Source: Diadema antillarum (lineage: Eukaryota). Taken from it: a stretch of DNA of 64,000 bases. Positions 52,788-64,000 of this stretch are shown one piece after another (positions within the stretch are counted from its first letter, which is position 1; the number at the start of each line of letters is the position of its first letter). The stretch spans positions 2,170,001 to 2,234,000 of the forward strand of contig NW_027271070.1 in NCBI RefSeq assembly GCF_040938485.1, in the 5' to 3' direction. The translations under genes were made by a program, and so were the position numbers. The notes under the pieces were generated by a model. It did not search any database. It was not told the DNA's origin and was given only the letters and a program-made list of their open reading frames with translations.

Positions 52788-53599
52788 GCACGACCAGCGG
52801 CGCTTGTGAGACGCTGTGGCGTCATTCTACCTTTCTCTGTCTCGACGAGTAGTACGTCGGCCAGTCTCAATTGCCTTTAAAGAACGTGGGGGATAAACAC
52901 CACTGATAAGTGAAGAGCTTATAATTAAAGGCAGATTACTACATGATCCCTTTAGAGGATAAAAGCAATGTTGCAACCTGTTTCGCCACAGATGATGTTG
53001 CAGAATCGGAAGCAGCAATTACGCACAAAATATATGATTCCGAATAATGCGTCATATCCCAGATCACTAGAAAAATCATGTTATATCTTGAGGGGGGCTT
53101 CGTATCATGCAAAGCAAATCAGTGACTTTGCCGGGAAAAAAATACGCTGCTTGTATAACACATAATGCGAGACCTTGTCATAATCGTAAACTGCACCATT
53201 TGATGCTATACATCAAATAGGAGTGATTTCAATCTGGACAGAAATATCATGTTGGGTCATACTTCAGACACTCAACCCAAAGAACTTTGTCTGTTCAGGC
53301 TGCTATTGTGTCTCTATGTTGTAGGGCCTATATATTTTTACGTATAGTTCAGATTATAGATATAGACAGATTAATTGGTCCATTCATTCGTGCTCTCTGA
53401 ATTAATGTGTTCACATAAAAACAATGATTCATCCAAAAAAAGGCAAAAGAAAATGTGGCGTAGTCAAGTAATAGGACCACATTTGCTACTAAACTGACAA
53501 GACTGGAATGATAGAAATAGGCCTACATCCATAAATCATTATGCATATAAACTTAAACATGCGGTTTCGTATGATGATAAATGTAGGTCTTGACATTAG

Positions 53600-53815
53600 C
53601 AGTGTCCTGGCGACCGAGGGTCACAAAAAAAAAAAATTATGTCGGGCCACTAAATTTCAAAAAAGGTAATCTTTTGGTGGCCAGATCGGGTAGCTAGAAT
53701 TTAAAATAGGAAATTTCATATTTGCTTTTGTCTCGGGCCACCAAAATTTCAAATTCAAAGAAGACTTAAGTGGTCCATCGGGCCATAAGATAAAAAACGT
53801 TGGCCTCGAGCCCTG
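53600..53815. mobile_element. Degenerate relative of the CAGGGCTC hAT-like MITE
   Basis: gggccacc/ggtggcc motifs and right terminus CTCGAGCCCTG. Confidence 0.6.
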
Positions 53816-54449
53816 ATCATTCAGTGGATATAAAGATATACTCCAACCATTCAGTATATTTGTGAATTAATTTTTATAATTAGCTGCAAAATATCATTTA
53901 ATGATAAGGGAATGACAAAACAAGAGAGAATAACAAATACATGAATACACATGACGGTTTGACGGAAAGCGAAGACAGCCCATAAATCATGTGACAGTAA
54001 AGTGTGTGTGACACAAACGTCAAGATCAAGACCGTAAATACGTGCCTTGGTATCATTATTCTAACTCTCCCTAAAATGCACCCCGCGTGGATGTCTTCAC
54101 AGAGCAAACATCCTGCTTTTCAGCCCCCTTGCCGGTTCGCTGCAACAGGAAACATTACATTATGTCAGGCGCTTGAGAGGGTGGCGGTTTATCTGTCGGC
54201 TGGTAGCAAACTGTGAAGTGGGGAGGAGGGGGGTTCCCCTAATTTACACGTTGCTTTTTAAACCCCGTGTCAAAAAGCAAACTGAGGAAGTATTCTGTTA
54301 AGATGGTATTAGCTACCGTTGCTCCACCGCCCCGATGTCGGCAAATAACATCACCATCATCAGTATCATCACTTTCGTTTGTCATCCGCCACATAATAGC
54401 ACCTGCCCAGTTTTGAAACAATAGATAACAAGGCGGCTGTATGGCATCT

Positions 54450-54735
54450 TCAGTTACAGCTCGTTATTCCGAAGGTTCGTTATTCCGAAGGCTCTTTAGT
54501 CCGAAGATTCGTTATTCCGAAGGTTCATTGTTCCGAATTTCATTTTAGGATTAACGAATCTTCGGAATAACGAACCTTCGGAATAACGCCACAAATGTTC
54601 GGATTAACGAATCCTTTTTCATTTTCGGATCAACGAACCTCTAGGTATAGGGAAATTGTGTGTTTCGGATTAACGACCCTTCGGAATGACGAACCTTCGG
54701 AATAGCGAACCTTCGGAATAACGAACAGCACCCGT
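54450..54735. mobile_element. Foldback-type element with ~15-bp subterminal tandem repeats (GGTTCGTTATTCCGAA)n in inverted arrays
   Basis: Left arm repeats ttcgttattccgaagg, right arm repeats its reverse complement cttcggaataacgaac. Confidence 0.8.
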
Positions 54736-57700
54736 TATTTTCTCCGCGTGCATAGATTCAATAAATTTCTTATTGTATGTCTGTTTGTGTTCACTCGTGG
54801 TTCGTCCCAGGTGACTAGCAATAGTCAGCAAACGGTATCAAGTCAACCAATGACAACCAGGCACATCGTGCCATACGCTCGAATGAATGAATGAATGATG
54901 ACTAATTTTATCGATACCCGACCTTCGCGGGAGACTTTCATTTGGAAGACATTGAACCATCTAGTCCAATTGTTTTTGCTTTGTTTTGTTTTGTTTTGTT
55001 TTAAGTTTACTTTGTGTATAACTATGTATCTTTATGTGTCTTTTTATTGTATACTGCTGAAATGATGGTGAATAAAAACTATACTGAACTGAACTGAACT
55101 GTGTTGATTTAGGACTTTTCCTTTCAGAAGGACGAAGAAAACAATTCTGTGGAGAGCATGTCAAATCACGTCAGAGTTAATGCCATGTTCACGTAACTTT
55201 GTACATACTTTTTTAATTTAAATTTAAGAGGCAATCATCTTTTTTTTTCTATTAACATTCGTCACTGATAATGCCAACTACAACTTTAATTATCATCACC
55301 CCATTAACCTCCAGGTATCATACAGAATATCTTCCTGTCCGTCTTTCTTGCTTTCTGACTGACTGACTGACTGACTTACTTTTTCCTTTTCCTTCCTTCC
55401 TTTTTTCTTTTGTTTCTCTTTAATTGATTCGGCATCAACGCATTAATTCATCGAGTATGATTGCCTTCCATGTATTCATCTATTTCCCAATAAATACATG
55501 AGTTGATATGAACTTCTAAAAAAAGAGACTGCTACAGTGGCTTTTTGGGAGACAAAACGACACTGCATGAAAAAAAAAAATATATATATAATCAATGAAT
55601 TCTTAAAATTATTCCTAAGAACAACAACAACGACAACAAAATTTCTACCACATCCTTCCGCATCTAAGACCAGCCATCATCACCCCTCTCCCCACGGTAC
55701 GGATCTCCGCTATGCTCGACCGCTAGTTCTGATTGACCGCCTTTTTCTTACCCCTCCCTGCTCCTAAAGCTTTTTTTACTCCTCTTGCGTCTTTCTTGAA
55801 AGTATAAGGTCTCCGGAACCCGAGCGGAAGCGGCGCCAAACCTTACCCAAGAGAAGGTGTATGATATCGTCTATATTGATCCAGCGGACATAGGTTAAAC
55901 CGAATAATATACATACACTGTCTTGATGTCGTTATTTAGTGTGTGTGTGTGTGGAGGGGGGGGGGGGGGCTTGACGTGAGTATTGCTAGTGCAGTTTACT
56001 AAAAGCACTAGTCGTGTTTGAAGCGGAACCCGTTGCGGATCGCAACAACTATGCCAACAAGATTATTTGATATAGGGTAGTAGATAACAGCTCAATACTA
56101 ACACTAAGTTGTGCTTTATCGCCGCGTTAGTATACATAATGGGTTTCCTCTCGATGAAATACACGTCCATTCAGGGGCAAGACCCTCTCTGGGTCCACAA
56201 TTTAATGTAAACATGACAACAAATGTGTCTCATAACTTCGTGTCGCGGCTCTAATCAGGGGTATCCCTCCCCTCTTTTCATCGTCCCCGCGGTCGGCTCC
56301 GTAAAGGGGATGACCGCTGTTTCAGAAATTCGAGTCCGCCATGCCATCGGGGCGCCTGACCGGATCATGCGCGGACAAGATTTGAAGAAAGACAAATAGC
56401 CGCCCAATCGATGGGAGGGGAAGTACTAATGACACATTAATTTGGATAAACCGAAACAGGAATATTGGAAGCCTAGTTCCGCCGGCGTACCTTTCATCTT
56501 CCCTTAACCCCTCCCCCTCCCCCCATTGCATTCTTTTACAAAACTTTTAGTACCAAGTTTTCTTTTCCGCTCTTCGACTCTAATTGTCGGCTTCATCTCA
56601 CCTGCTTTGCCGTCATCATCCCAAAGAAACAAGAGAATTTGATGATTATAGCGGCTCACGAGCTTTCTTCGTTCCTTACTAGTGTTATCAGCATCGACGA
56701 AGTAAAAACACTATAATGGCCTATACCGGAATAAGTGATAATACGCCATGAACACTTTCTCTGCAAATAATGTTAGATTTCAATTCAACTTCGTTTTCTA
56801 ATTGCAACGTTAACTCACTGCACCATCATTCATGCTGTCTACAATAGTTACAAAAGTATGTGTCAAAGTTTCGGCTTGAAAGTGGTTAGGAATAGAGAAC
56901 ACAAAAACAAAAAGAAAAAGGGGAACGAAATCATTTTGTTGCTGCGTTGTATTATTCGTCACTCAGGCTGATTCCGAATTATACTGTGCATTTTATATTG
57001 TCGGTCAATTTAATTGCACAAAATTTCATCATAAACAATTAGATGAAGATAATTGAGAGAAGGGGAGTGGATGATTGCTGAAATTTATGACGTAACCCTT
57101 AACAATAGACCACGAACGTGGTGGGCAGTAAATGTAAGAAAAAATACCAACAACAAAACAACAACTTGTGGTGCCATGGCATCATTTACTTTACATGTCA
57201 AATAAGAAAGATGGCACTGCTCTTGAAAAACAATTAAACTTTATAACTTGCTTTACAGATTAATTGTCTTATATTAATTATCCGATCTTAATGTCACTTG
57301 TAATATTCTCTTTGATTTGATACTGCTTTTATCGAACTCAGCTTGGTACCATGGAGTAAGATTTCCGCCCAAATATTCAAGAGTCGTTCTCCTTTCGCTG
57401 GTTGCTCGTATTCGACACTTCATCATCAAAACCAAGCGGGAAAGAGCTAAGGTTAGTGACCCCTAGTACAACATGTCCACGTTTGTGTCAACAGTTGACA
57501 CGCCGGAACAGCATAATCGGCGTCATTCTGGCAGTGGGAGGGGAGGAAATCGGGGTGCAAAAATCAACAAATTATCCCTTAAAAAGAAATAGAAGACCAG
57601 GGAGGAATGAAGTCAAGATATCAAAACCACTCGGCTGACATCTTCGGCGTGGATAAATACATAGAAGGCGACCGCAAGATCTTGTCGGGCGCGCTTCTCG

Positions 57701-58020
57701 CTCTGTGATGTGCACTGTTTACCCAGATGCGGTATCGTTGGGCACATCCGCTCCGCAATCGAGGGGTTTTCCTTCGCTGGCCGAATGAGTGGGCCAATGT
57801 TTTGTTTTGCTTCCTTTCGGCTTCACGGCGGTTAGAAATAAAAGAAAAAAACAAAACAAAACAAAAAACCCCGAAAAACAACGAGGTCATCCGATAGGGC
57901 GAAATCCTTGGATTGTGCGCCGTATCATTCGTTACTCAGGCCGATTTCGAATGAACTGTGTATTTACTTTCGCCGGAATTGGTCACTTTGATTGCAGAAA
58001 ATTTCACGATGGACAGTTGA

Positions 58021-58380
58021 TGAAGATAATTATGGAGAAAGTAGGAGTGTATTTTTGCGGGAATCAGTGACGTAACCGCAGACAATAATTGATTAAAGTA
58101 AAATAATGTGCTGGGAGAAAAAAAAAAATGGTTTGAACTTCTGGAAGATTGAGTGAAGGGGGCGTTGACCCAAGATTTTATACCAAGAGGCCTTCCTTAC
58201 AATCACCCAACCTTCAAATATAAATGTGTATGAAGATAATTATGGAAAAAGTAGGAGTGTATTTTTGCGGGAATCAGTGACGTAACCGCAGACAATAATT
58301 GATTAAAGTAAATGTACTGAAAAAAATGGTTTGAATGTCTGGAAGATTGAGTGATGGGGGCCTTGACCCAAGATTTTATG
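58021..58380 (+). repeat. Tandem duplication, ~150 bp unit, 210 bp period
   Basis: tgaagataattatgga.aaagtaggagtg...gacccaagatttta at 58021 and 58231. Confidence 0.9.
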
Positions 58381-58437
58381 TGTTATGGGGGCATCTTGCC
58401 TCATTCTTAAAGACTCATTACTATTGCTATCCTTTAA

Positions 58438-58818
58438 AGGAATGGTATAGTATTGGTTGAGATGACGACTTAGAAACCACTCTATGAAATGATAAAGAGC
58501 ATATACAATTCTATGAGGAATTCAAATTCTATTAGATGAAAATTGGATTTGAAATGACTGAGATATAAAAAAGAAAGTAGCACAAAGCCAATCCTAATAA
58601 AATATTGGTCCCATCTTTTATCATGATCACCCCCTTGTTTTGGATATCTCAGCCATTTCAAAACCAATTTTTATCAAATAAACTTTAAATTCCCCTTACA
58701 ATTATAATTATTCTCTTTCATATTTTATAAAAAGTTTTTCATTATGTAAAACAAAAAAACGATCTTCGAGAAAATTAGAAAGGTGAAGTCTCATCATATA
58801 CAAAACTATACCATCCCT
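58438..58818. mobile_element. Kolobok-like MITE family B, copy 4
   Basis: TTAA-AGGAATGGTATAGTATTGG...AAAACTATACCATCCCT-TTAA. Confidence 0.85.
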
Positions 58819-59054
58819 TTAAAAGATGTCTTTCTCGTGTCTTTATTTCCCAGTGACCAATGTCCCTTTACTTCTGTGTGTAGGCCAACTCAAAGTTCAC
58901 ATAGAATAGTTGCAAACATTCTATTTTAATTCTTTTTTTTTAGAACAAAGCTTAGATAACGACATCCGGTTATTTCTATAAAAGGATATATTCAATCAGA
59001 AGCTTATGTTAAGACTTTTCCATATATAAAATCATGGTGTAATTACAGTGGTGA

Positions 59055-59522
59055 TTACGTAATCATTTAGGCTTTTAGCTCCCTCCATATATAGGCAGAG
59101 GAAAGGTCACGTGGTAGAGAAATGGGGTTTCATCATAAAAGACGGTGTAAAGGGCGTCGACCCATTGTCACGATAAACCCCCCCCCCCCCACACACACAC
59201 ACACAATGTTTGAAATTTATAATGCACCATAATCGCATCAGGGTACGCAAATAAGCAATCGCAAATTTTCTGTAAGAGAAAGGGGAAAATGGGATCTTAC
59301 CTCGCTCTTCAATCGATTTATGTTACGTAAAACGAATGACTTGTTAACTATATGAGAATGTATAAGTAGCCGCTATTGTTATTATTATTGCTGTTATGGA
59401 ATCCAGGTACATTAATCTATCTTTTATTCTCGTGACCGCTGGTGTTCATCATCAAAGAACTAGAACTTGATATTCATATTAGCAGCCTGTTCACATTTCA
59501 AGTATCATCAACTGTTACGTAA
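59055..59522. promoter_or_regulatory. Homotypic cluster of TTACGTAA (PAR-bZIP/NFIL3/C-EBP-type) palindromes
   Basis: TTACGTAA at 59055-59062, 59323-59330, 59515-59522. Confidence 0.5.
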
Positions 59523-61508
59523 TACTTATGTCTATAGGAGTTCGAGATAAGATTTATCTCATTATAGTATACTAGTACATGACATTGTGTATAACATTTC
59601 TATTCAACTCTGCATTACATTGTAGTTAACCATTGCCGTAACGAAAACTAGATGTGCGTTACGTAGACCTATAGCAAAATAGGTTTTTTTTTTTGTTTTT
59701 TTTTTCCTTAGGAGCAGTTAAACGATGGCGTATTCAGTGTTGTCTTCGGTGTCATGCAGTCCTTCGATTCAGACAATAATACTTCAGGACTATAAATTGA
59801 TAGTATAAATCATTGATCTTATCTCGACAGAATCATAGCTTGTAGTACAGAATTCGGAAGTCGGGACTTGACGTTATAGAGATTGTTGGCGGAGGGGAAA
59901 TCAAAGACGGGAAATGTGGGAGGAGCCTAAACCTCCTTATATGGATCTTGGGTCTGGAATGTACAAGGTAGGTATGCTTTCTTCCTCTGTTTCAATGAAC
60001 TCTACGTTTCATACATCACTTGAGTAGATAACTATTCCTGTAACCAGCCGGAAGTATACTTGTATGTATAGTGAAGAAATGTAATGCAAGATTCGGGAAC
60101 GAGCGAGTTAAAGTCGGAGTTAGTGAATTGAGATGTTTGTGGAGGTTGTTTGGTAGTGGAAACGCTTTCGTCCCACGTTATTATGTTGTTGTCAATTTCT
60201 CAGAAAGTTTTCGTTTTTTCTGTGTAACAAAAACTCAAACATAGAGATAGACATGGTGTGTTGGAGCAGAGCCAATTGATGACTAGTCACACACACTCTT
60301 TCTTTCCAACTCGTGCATTTATGTTTGTTTATTTTGTTTCAGAAAGAGATCGCAAAAAGCCAGAAGTCGGGAGAGCGCTGACAGAGCGAGGGACGCGACT
60401 CGTGGAAAGTATACACACCCACTCATTTTTCTGCCTGTGCGTGGGGGAACATCTCTCATCGCAGTCGGACACAAAAGGCGGACTTACTACAAAAGCGCGG
60501 GCGTATCAGAGATACATATCCCCGCGAACTAATGAAAAGTTACCATTGACACACAAAACGTCAATTAGTGATCGGCTGGTGCGTAATGGGATTTCCTGTG
60601 CCATACGAAATATTTAGCACTTAAATTTGTTAAGTGAAGAGTAGCAAAGAGAAGATCTTTGTCTAAAAGCTCAGGAGATTCTGTTAAGAAAAAAAAAAAA
60701 CCAAACCTAACAATCCCAGGAGACAATACTGCTAATCAACTGTAGCCGGTAACTCAGCGTGACGTAGCACATTGTTATTCAAAAAAAAAAATCGTGCTAA
60801 ACGACGATTCGTGCGTCTTCGCGAACTCACGAGATTTTGTGTCAATACAATGCCATTATTACGCACAGATGAAGAAAAAAGAGAGAAGGAGAAACTTAAG
60901 ACTTGCTCCGCTGTTGTAATCTCATCGCCACCCCCAACAAAGGTAAACAGCGGGCTTACCTTTGAAAGCGCCGAAGGGATAATCGACCAATTAATTGCCA
61001 CAAGACGAACCAGCAAGTTGCCGCAAATTGTGATCCCATCTCAAATCCCTTTACTCGTCTTTTGTTTTGTTTTGTCTTTTTCGGCGGAAGTGCACTCCTT
61101 GTCTTTCATCACTGCCTCGGCCTGTGTCCGTTCCGCTCGCCGCAAGACTCACATTTATACATCACTTCCGACACTGCGTGACATGCAACAGGGTGTCCCG
61201 CCAGCCCTATAATGTCGATATGTCTGACGTAAAAGGAGCTAACCCCCCCCCCCCCCCCTCTCCTCTCCCCTCCCACCCCCACCCCTCTCGCCTTGACAAT
61301 CATCTTGAATCACAGACCCGGCGCGGCGGTGTCTGCCGGAAGGAATATTCTAGTCAATTGCTGAAATATTCATGATGTTATTGCCTGAAATGTGAGTCTA
61401 ATATCCTGGTCTGCTTCCATCCGCGGTGAAGTGCGCGCCTGTATATTCCGATTAGGACGTTTGACACTTCCACAATTGATTGTTATGTCAATGACACATG
61501 GTTGTAGG

Positions 61509-61845
61509 CAGGGCTCGACACTAACTTTATTTTTCGGTGGCCCAAAGGGGCCACCAAAATCATTAATTTCAAATTTTTGGTTGCCCGAGAGAAAAATTTG
61601 GTGGCCCGAAAAAAGAAGAAAAAAAAAACATTGATAAGAGTCCATTTATTAAAAATAAGTCGCACACTCATTGCATGCATTTATGCATTTCCGGCGCAAA
61701 ATGTTACGAGTTTATTGACATACTTTTCAAAAAATTTTGGTGGCCCGGGGTGGGCCACCAAATTTGCCCTTTTCTGAAATTTGGTGGCCCGACTTTCATT
61801 TTTGGTGGCCAAGGGCCACCGGGCCACCGTTAGTGTCGAGCCCTG
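61509..61845. mobile_element. hAT-like MITE, CAGGGCTCGACACTAAC...GTTAGTGTCGAGCCCTG
   Basis: Perfect 17-bp TIR; TTGTAGG duplicated on both sides; same family as 49001-49438. Confidence 0.88.
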
Positions 61846-62019
61846 TTGTAGGAGTTGTCAGATCAAACCAAAGAACTTTAATGTCTCTTGATCCTTTTTT
61901 TTTTGAAAGATAAAAATGAAAATGGATATGTACAACCCCCCCCCCCTCCCAAGATAAAGAAGAAAAATAGTAAATCTTAAAGAGAAATGATACTCGAATC
62001 TGACCCTCTGTAAATTACT

Positions 62020-62400
62020 TCGGTGGAGATGGGGCTTCAGGTTTCCAATGTTGTTTGATGACTTTGTGAGATAATGGGAAACCTCGTATGACATGAAGTT
62101 TCATAATTCTAAGAGGAATTCAAAGCTTATTTAATGAAAATCCATTTTGAAATGGCTGAGATATCCAAAAACAAAGTAAAACAAAGCGATCCTAGTAAAA
62201 AGGTGGGACTCACCTTTTTTTAGGGACGCTTCGTTTTATGTTTTTGGATATCTCAGCCATTTCAACATAAATTTTAATCAGATGAATATCGAATTCCTCT
62301 TAGTTATGCTTTCCAACATTTCATAAAGTGGTTTGTAAGACTATAGTATCTCGCAAAAGAAGTTAAACGCTTAATTCTTACCTCTTACTACACCATCCTG
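62020..62400. mobile_element. Kolobok-like MITE family B, degenerate copy 5
   Basis: gagatggggcttcaggtttcc...gaggaattc...tggctgagatatccaaaaac as in copy 1; termini eroded. Confidence 0.7.
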
Positions 62401-62776
62401 TGATAGTTTTGTTCTTCAGACTCGTATTTATTTCTAATCATGATCCATGCACTCTCCAACTGTATCAATGCACATTGGCCAGTCGGCACTGATTGAAAAA
62501 GTCAAATGCGATTTACTCCAAGAGATTCGTAGAAACGTAACAGCACAAAATTATTTCCGACCTATTACATGTGATCGAATGAGATCATATTGACTTAATC
62601 TTATCTATAATTCTCTGCTTACTTATTAAACACGAATGTCAACGGATGACTTGTTCATCATCTGCATTCTGTACGGAGGCGTTGGTGTGCTTCGGAAGGC
62701 CACAACCATCCATGATACGCAAGTGTTGCTCGATGTGCAAGTCGATTATCATGTAGCTCCCCAACATAGAACTTAA

Positions 62777-63150
62777 AGGCACTACTTATCACTTACAGAT
62801 GGAACAAAAACCCAGCTTTAGTGCTTCAAAATAGATATAAAATGTGAGTCAGGGATAGAAACAACCAATGTAAAAATAATGAATCAGTATACAAGCAATG
62901 TTAACTATTGTTAAAGATACAACATTATGATCAATTGTTATAATAAAAATGTCTCTAGACTAAACCGTCGACATGTATAATGGTTTATTGAGAAAAGTAG
63001 TGATATCTCCTTAATATTTTAGGTTTTATTTCGAAATTTTTATATTGCAGGATGTTTTGTAATACAACTGACCTAGACATATATGCATCAAAATAATGTG
63101 ATATCTCGAACATTTTTTGAAATCACTGCTCCCAATGGTAAACAGTACCT
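62777..63150 (-). mobile_element. Kolobok-like MITE family D
   Basis: TTAA-AGGCACTACTTATC...GTAAACAGTACCT-TTAA; homologous copy at 13575-13925. Confidence 0.75.
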
Positions 63151-64000
63151 TTAAATCCCTTGTCGCGAAATATATCTCAGTTTCAATTCCTGTTTTACAG
63201 ATGACTGTGTGTCATCTCTCCCCCCCCCCCCAAAAAAAAAAAGAAGAGAGAAACCCCCAAACAAACGGAATTGGAACGGCCTTAATGCGCTTCCGCAAAC
63301 CCCCGAATATGACTTTGTGACGCAACTGCGGTGAATGTTAATCTGATGAAGATATCGAATGTATACTTTTCAGATCATTCAAACTTCTGAAAAATCCCAT
63401 TCTCTATTCTCGTTTTCCCCGTCAGAATGAAGGATTGCAATCATACGATTCCAAAATATTGTCATTTTTTAAAACCATTTACCACCGCAACTTGTTGTCA
63501 GATCTTGAAGTCAGATGTGAAACATTAGTAAAAATTTGACAATAGAAATAGCAATGTCATAAAATTGCAACGTCCAGCTTCAGTTGAGCGCAGTTCTGAG
63601 AATGGATCACAGCGAGATTGGGTTCAGGGATGATTGTACACTTCTTAAAAGTCACTCACCGACGTAGTGTGTGTGAGTGTGAAATAATTGAATAAATATA
63701 AAGAAAGCAACCGTTGTCTCATATCGTTCGAAAGTTTGAATGACTTCTGTCAAGAGGGGATGGGGTTGTCAGTTCAAGTGTAGTTGTTAAATATCGACAG
63801 GCTACCGTTGTGAACAATATTTGTGTAGCGCAGAAGAAAACGGAGGAGCGGAAGCATTCATTCTTTCATGGCTGTAACAGACATCGGCAATCCACCAAGA
63901 ATGGAATGCTAGGCTTTACATCCCGTGTAAAATGCCAAAGAATCCCGATCTCAATCGATATAAATCGATCAGGAGTGGTGATGGACGAGACAGAAGGGCA

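Noticed and set aside
54450-54735. CRISPR-like array of short repeats
   Set aside because: Eukaryotic context; repeats are tandem and inverted without unique spacers, i.e. foldback-element subterminal repeats.
59850-61212. Several open frames (59855-59967, 60343-60617, 60772-61212)
   Set aside because: Multiple frames are equally open and none gives a coherent, recognisable model.
1-64000. tRNA/rRNA/snRNA genes and autonomous transposase or RT ORFs
   Set aside because: No cloverleaf, rRNA-like sequence or long transposase/RT frame was seen.

Overview
AT-rich, repeat- and microsatellite-rich eukaryotic genomic DNA with four assembly gaps. The repeat types and the abundant TAGGCCTA motif suggest an echinoderm (sea-urchin-like) genome; this is inference. 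One protein-coding gene can be fully reconstructed from sequence, on the minus strand. It has 4 exons (12041-11990, 11037-10865, 8968-8672, 8290-8072), GT-AG introns of phase 1,0,0, and encodes 246 aa with an N-terminal signal peptide. Its helical pattern, a GMP-containing AB-loop motif, helix-D motif, intron phases, CRE/CCAAT/GC-box promoter and AU-rich 3'UTR point to a long-chain class-I helical cytokine (IL-6/IL-11/CNTF/LIF/Unpaired-like). This ligand class is largely unrecognised in invertebrate deuterostomes and is the main finding. The ~52 kb upstream has no recognisable gene. It is dotted with GC-richer islands bearing perfect CRE, kB, AP-1, ETS and PAR-bZIP/NFIL3 motifs, plus many non-autonomous DNA transposons (TTAA-target Kolobok/piggyBac-like, hAT-like, foldback), LINE/SINE remnants and local duplications. 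No rRNA, tRNA or CRISPR array was seen.
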